From the sequence record KP869111: a DNA stretch of 64,000 bases, one strand, 5' to 3'. Positions within the stretch are counted from its first letter, which is position 1, and each line of letters opens with the position of its first letter. The stretch is from Escherichia coli O157 typing phage 13. Position numbers and translations under genes: made by a program. The notes under the pieces were generated by a model. That model did no database searches. It saw only the letters and a list, made by a program, of their open reading frames with translations, and was not told the DNA's origin. Shown here piece after piece: positions 61,018-64,000 of this stretch.

Positions 61018-64000
61018 TTATTCAATCCACTCGAATTTAACAGATTTATTCACAGGGTCTGGAATAATGCGGACATTACCAATCCTTAAGAAATCCCTTA
61101 TTGTCAAGTTTCCGATTGTTGCATTATCAGAAGGTAAAGCACCAATATCAGATGGCTGAGGAGGGTTACCCCCATCAAATACTTGAACAAAACTTGACCA
61201 AGAATTTTTAGTTTTCTGCCATGTACGAGTCCAACGGGTTGTACGTGCTTCTGGGGTTGTTGGATAAGTAATCCAATCTTGGTAAAGTGAATCAAGTGTA
61301 TTACCAAACTGAGTCAATGTACCAGGAGATTTAACTTCTTCGCCACGTTCTAAGTATGGAAGCCCAGTCACTTCATTAGTTTTTTCAACCATTTTAAAAT
61401 AACCTGGGAACTGGTTATAAGTGGCTGAATCGTTAATATCAATTGACCAGAATCCTACATTATCAGATGTTGGCGCACGGGTATATAAATCGGATGTTTT
61501 AGTACCCTGAGAACGAATTCTCGAGTTAACAGTCAAACCGCCAGAATTTATAGTAGCACCATTGGCAATGATTAAGCCTTCACCAATTGTAATCTGACCG
61601 GATTGGTTATTAATTGATAATGGACGTAATCCATTAAATCCACCGGTCTGATCACCAGATGCAGTAAGCATAAAATATGTGCTGCCGCCATCATTGCGAA
61701 TAAAGAATCCATAATCACCACTAATTGCTCTGAAAGCATTTGCAGACTTGCTAATGAATTCACCATTGGCTGTAACTGAACGACCAAATGTTGCAACGCC
61801 ATTCGCATTTAACGTGCCTGAAGCGTTAACATTTATTGGCATCACAGTACCATTAATGCTAAACGTTATATTCCCAGCTTTATTACGTTGAGAATAAAAG
61901 TGATTAGATGTTTCATCGCCAACTTCAAATACAGTAGAACGTGTTGTATCTGAACCACCACCAAATTCATTTCCCCAAACTCTGATAGTCATAGTTTGAG
62001 CAGGATTTGTTCCGGTCTGAGGTCCTTTTTCAAAAATCAGTCGAGTAGCTGTTCCAGAGTTAGAAATAGTTAATGTACTATTTGCCGAAACTGAACCACC
62101 AAACGTAGCAGTACTAGATGATACAAGAGGGGCACTCAGATTCGTTTGTTGGGTTAAGGTTAGTGAACCATTAACCGTCTGTGCAATGTCCCTACGAATG
62201 AACTGAGATGAATCTAGACCATCTAATAAATTACTATCTATGGCTTTAGCTTTCAACGGCAAATAGTTAGCAAGTACACGGTTTAATTCATATGGAGATA
62301 TAGCATAGCTATTTTTTTCATATGATTCTAAAGGTTGCGTTGAACCAACTGTATCATTACCAACGAATGTAATAGAACCAGATGAAGTTTTAACGAATCC
62401 ACGAATCGCCGTAGTAGCAGCCCATGTTGGTTCAGACTGGACAATCCATTTTAAATTCTTAGGAGATACAGCAGTATTAGCAGAAGTTCCTGTTACAGTT
62501 TCAGCCCGAGTAGCAACCTTAATTACGCCTTCAGACGTTTCAGTGGACTTAGTCCCTAAAAGCTTTTTAGGAGTAATAAGAACATCATCTAAAGTTCCTG
62601 CATTAGATTCTGCCTGAGTCGCTACGCGAAGTGTACCACGTTGTGTTTCATTTGCTTTAGAAATATCAAGAGTATAATGGTTCCACAAGGTTCCTTCTTC
62701 AATAAGTCCGGAATCAGAATTAACACTGGTACGGTCAGAAGAATCAAAATGAGTTTTAATTTTCAGTGGAGTTGAGATACGAGTATCGTCAGTTCCAGTA
62801 TCAAATTCAACTTGCGTAGCAAGTTCGGCTATGCCGGATAATCCTTCCGTAGCTTTCCTATCATTTAACGTCTTAGGCGTTACTGCACGTGTATAATCAG
62901 TCCCAGCATTAGTTTCTGCTTGCGTAGCAATTTCAATTAAACCAATACGTCCATCAGTAGAAGTTTTCTTATGTAGTGTTTCAGGAGTTACTACAGCGTG
63001 AGAATAACCTGCTTGTGATTGACCAGCAATTACTTCACTATCAACAGCTAAAATTACTGCACCTTGTTGAGCATAAGTTGCTTTATATTGGTCAAGGGCT
63101 TTAGGAGAAATAGTTAAATTATTTACGGTTTTATTATAAACGTTAGTGCCTGCAGCACCACGAGTTTCAGCAGGAGTAGCAGAAGTAGTTGATACATATT
63201 TAACTATACCTGATAGTGTTTCAGAACCCTGACGTGCCTGCAATTTCTTAGGTGTAATAATCGTTGTGTCATCAAGACCAGCATCGGTTTCAGTCTGAGT
63301 AGCAATTTCAGCAAGACCGCGACGAGTTTCAGTTGCTGTACGCTCATTTAGTTTTTTAGGCGTAACAATAGTATCGTCCACAAATGATGCTGTGGAATTC
63401 TGGTTAACTTGTGCTGTTGTAGCAATTTTAGCGATACCACGTCGAGCTTCAGTTGCTGTACGATTTGCCAATGTTTCCGGAGTAATAGCCACTTCTTTAG
63501 CTGGAGTATTCTCTAAATCAACATTTGCTTGCGCTTGAGTAGCAAGAGCAATAACACCTAAACGAGCTCGTGTAGCATCATTTCCAGCATCAACACGTTC
63601 TACCGTAGGGACATTCTGTTGCACAACCCAATAGTGAGTGTCAGAATCAGTGTCTTCGATATACGCTAATTCTAATACAGGAACATATGAAGTAGTGCCA
63701 TTGAATTCTAGTTCAGTAACAGAGACCCATTGAGCATCAGGTGGATATTCAGAACGTTTAGGGAACTGAAGCAATGCAACAGAAGAAGCAATTGTATCAC
63801 CTTCGGCAGCTTTAATTTTTACTGTTTGGCCTTTACGCATGTAGTTCATTGAAATTTTAACAGTGTCACCACTCAAAATTCTGGTAGGCAGCGTAAGATT
63901 AATAGTTCCGGTTGTAGCGTTATTTGTGCCAAAAATAAGAACTTCTTCATTTGGACGAATATTTGAATCCGCACGGATAATACGAAGACGTGATTTCTGG
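61018..64000 (-). CDS. 34: Long tail fiber proximal subunit gp34, C-terminal about 990 codons (5' part beyond window end)
   Basis: Frame open to the window edge (the ORF-track M at 63876 is a TTG, not a true start); ...SGDTVKISMNYMRKGQTVKIKAA... through ...KFEWIE matches T4 gp34 from about residue 300 to the C-terminus. Confidence 0.93.
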   Translation of the reverse strand, partial: QKSRLRIIRADSNIRPNEEVLIFGTNNATTGTINLTLPTRILSGDTVKISMNYMRKGQTVKIKAAEGDTIASSVALLQFPKRSEYPPDAQWVSVTELEFNGTTSYVPVLELAYIEDTDSDTHYWVVQQNVPTVERVDAGNDATRARLGVIALATQAQANVDLENTPAKEVAITPETLANRTATEARRGIAKIATTAQVNQNSTASFVDDTIVTPKKLNERTATETRRGLAEIATQTETDAGLDDTTIITPKKLQARQGSETLSGIVKYVSTTSATPAETRGAAGTNVYNKTVNNLTISPKALDQYKATYAQQGAVILAVDSEVIAGQSQAGYSHAVVTPETLHKKTSTDGRIGLIEIATQAETNAGTDYTRAVTPKTLNDRKATEGLSGIAELATQVEFDTGTDDTRISTPLKIKTHFDSSDRTSVNSDSGLIEEGTLWNHYTLDISKANETQRGTLRVATQAESNAGTLDDVLITPKKLLGTKSTETSEGVIKVATRAETVTGTSANTAVSPKNLKWIVQSEPTWAATTAIRGFVKTSSGSITFVGNDTVGSTQPLESYEKNSYAISPYELNRVLANYLPLKAKAIDSNLLDGLDSSQFIRRDIAQTVNGSLTLTQQTNLSAPLVSSSTATFGGSVSANSTLTISNSGTATRLIFEKGPQTGTNPAQTMTIRVWGNEFGGGSDTTRSTVFEVGDETSNHFYSQRNKAGNITFSINGTVMPINVNASGTLNANGVATFGRSVTANGEFISKSANAFRAISGDYGFFIRNDGGSTYFMLTASGDQTGGFNGLRPLSINNQSGQITIGEGLIIANGATINSGGLTVNSRIRSQGTKTSDLYTRAPTSDNVGFWSIDINDSATYNQFPGYFKMVEKTNEVTGLPYLERGEEVKSPGTLTQFGNTLDSLYQDWITYPTTPEARTTRWTRTWQKTKNSWSSFVQVFDGGNPPQPSDIGALPSDNATIGNLTIRDFLRIGNVRIIPDPVNKSVKFEWIE

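Overview
This 64-kb window is from a T4-like myovirus (Tequatrovirus-type) genome. Nearly every long ORF matches a phage T4 protein, and gene order follows T4 in two blocks. Block A (1-42966) is in T4 map orientation: gp23 C-terminus, gp24, rnlB, hoc, inh, uvsW, uvsY, baseplate genes 25-26-51-27-28-29-48-54, alt, ligase gp30, the 30.x genes, rIII, gp31, cd, pseT, a spanin pair, alc, rnlA, denA, nrdB, nrdA, td, frd, gp32, gp59, gp33, dsbA, rnh and the first 215 codons of gene 34. Block B (43067-64000) is in the opposite orientation relative to T4: a C-terminal gene fragment, small early genes, rIIA (5'-truncated), rIIB, denB, ndd, gp52, motA, a small-ORF cluster, asiA, then on the minus strand holin t, gp38, gp37, gp36, gp35 and the rest of gene 34. 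Gene 34 is therefore split and inverted across about 18 kb, and eight N-runs behave as near zero-length scaffold joints, so this looks like a draft scaffold with chimeric or mis-oriented joins rather than a proven natural inversion. The most notable content not present at the corresponding T4 locus (recalled from memory, not searched) is a full-length class-I DAHP synthase (AroF/AroG-like) between cd and pseT. Other points of interest are an antisense early gene between the late genes 23 and 24, a dense family of T4-type early promoters with near-identical palindromic copies, intron-less td and nrdB with no homing-endonuclease genes, and several clusters of small uncharacterised early ORFs. 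All T4 comparisons are from recall; no database search was run, and no tRNA, rRNA or CRISPR array was recognised.
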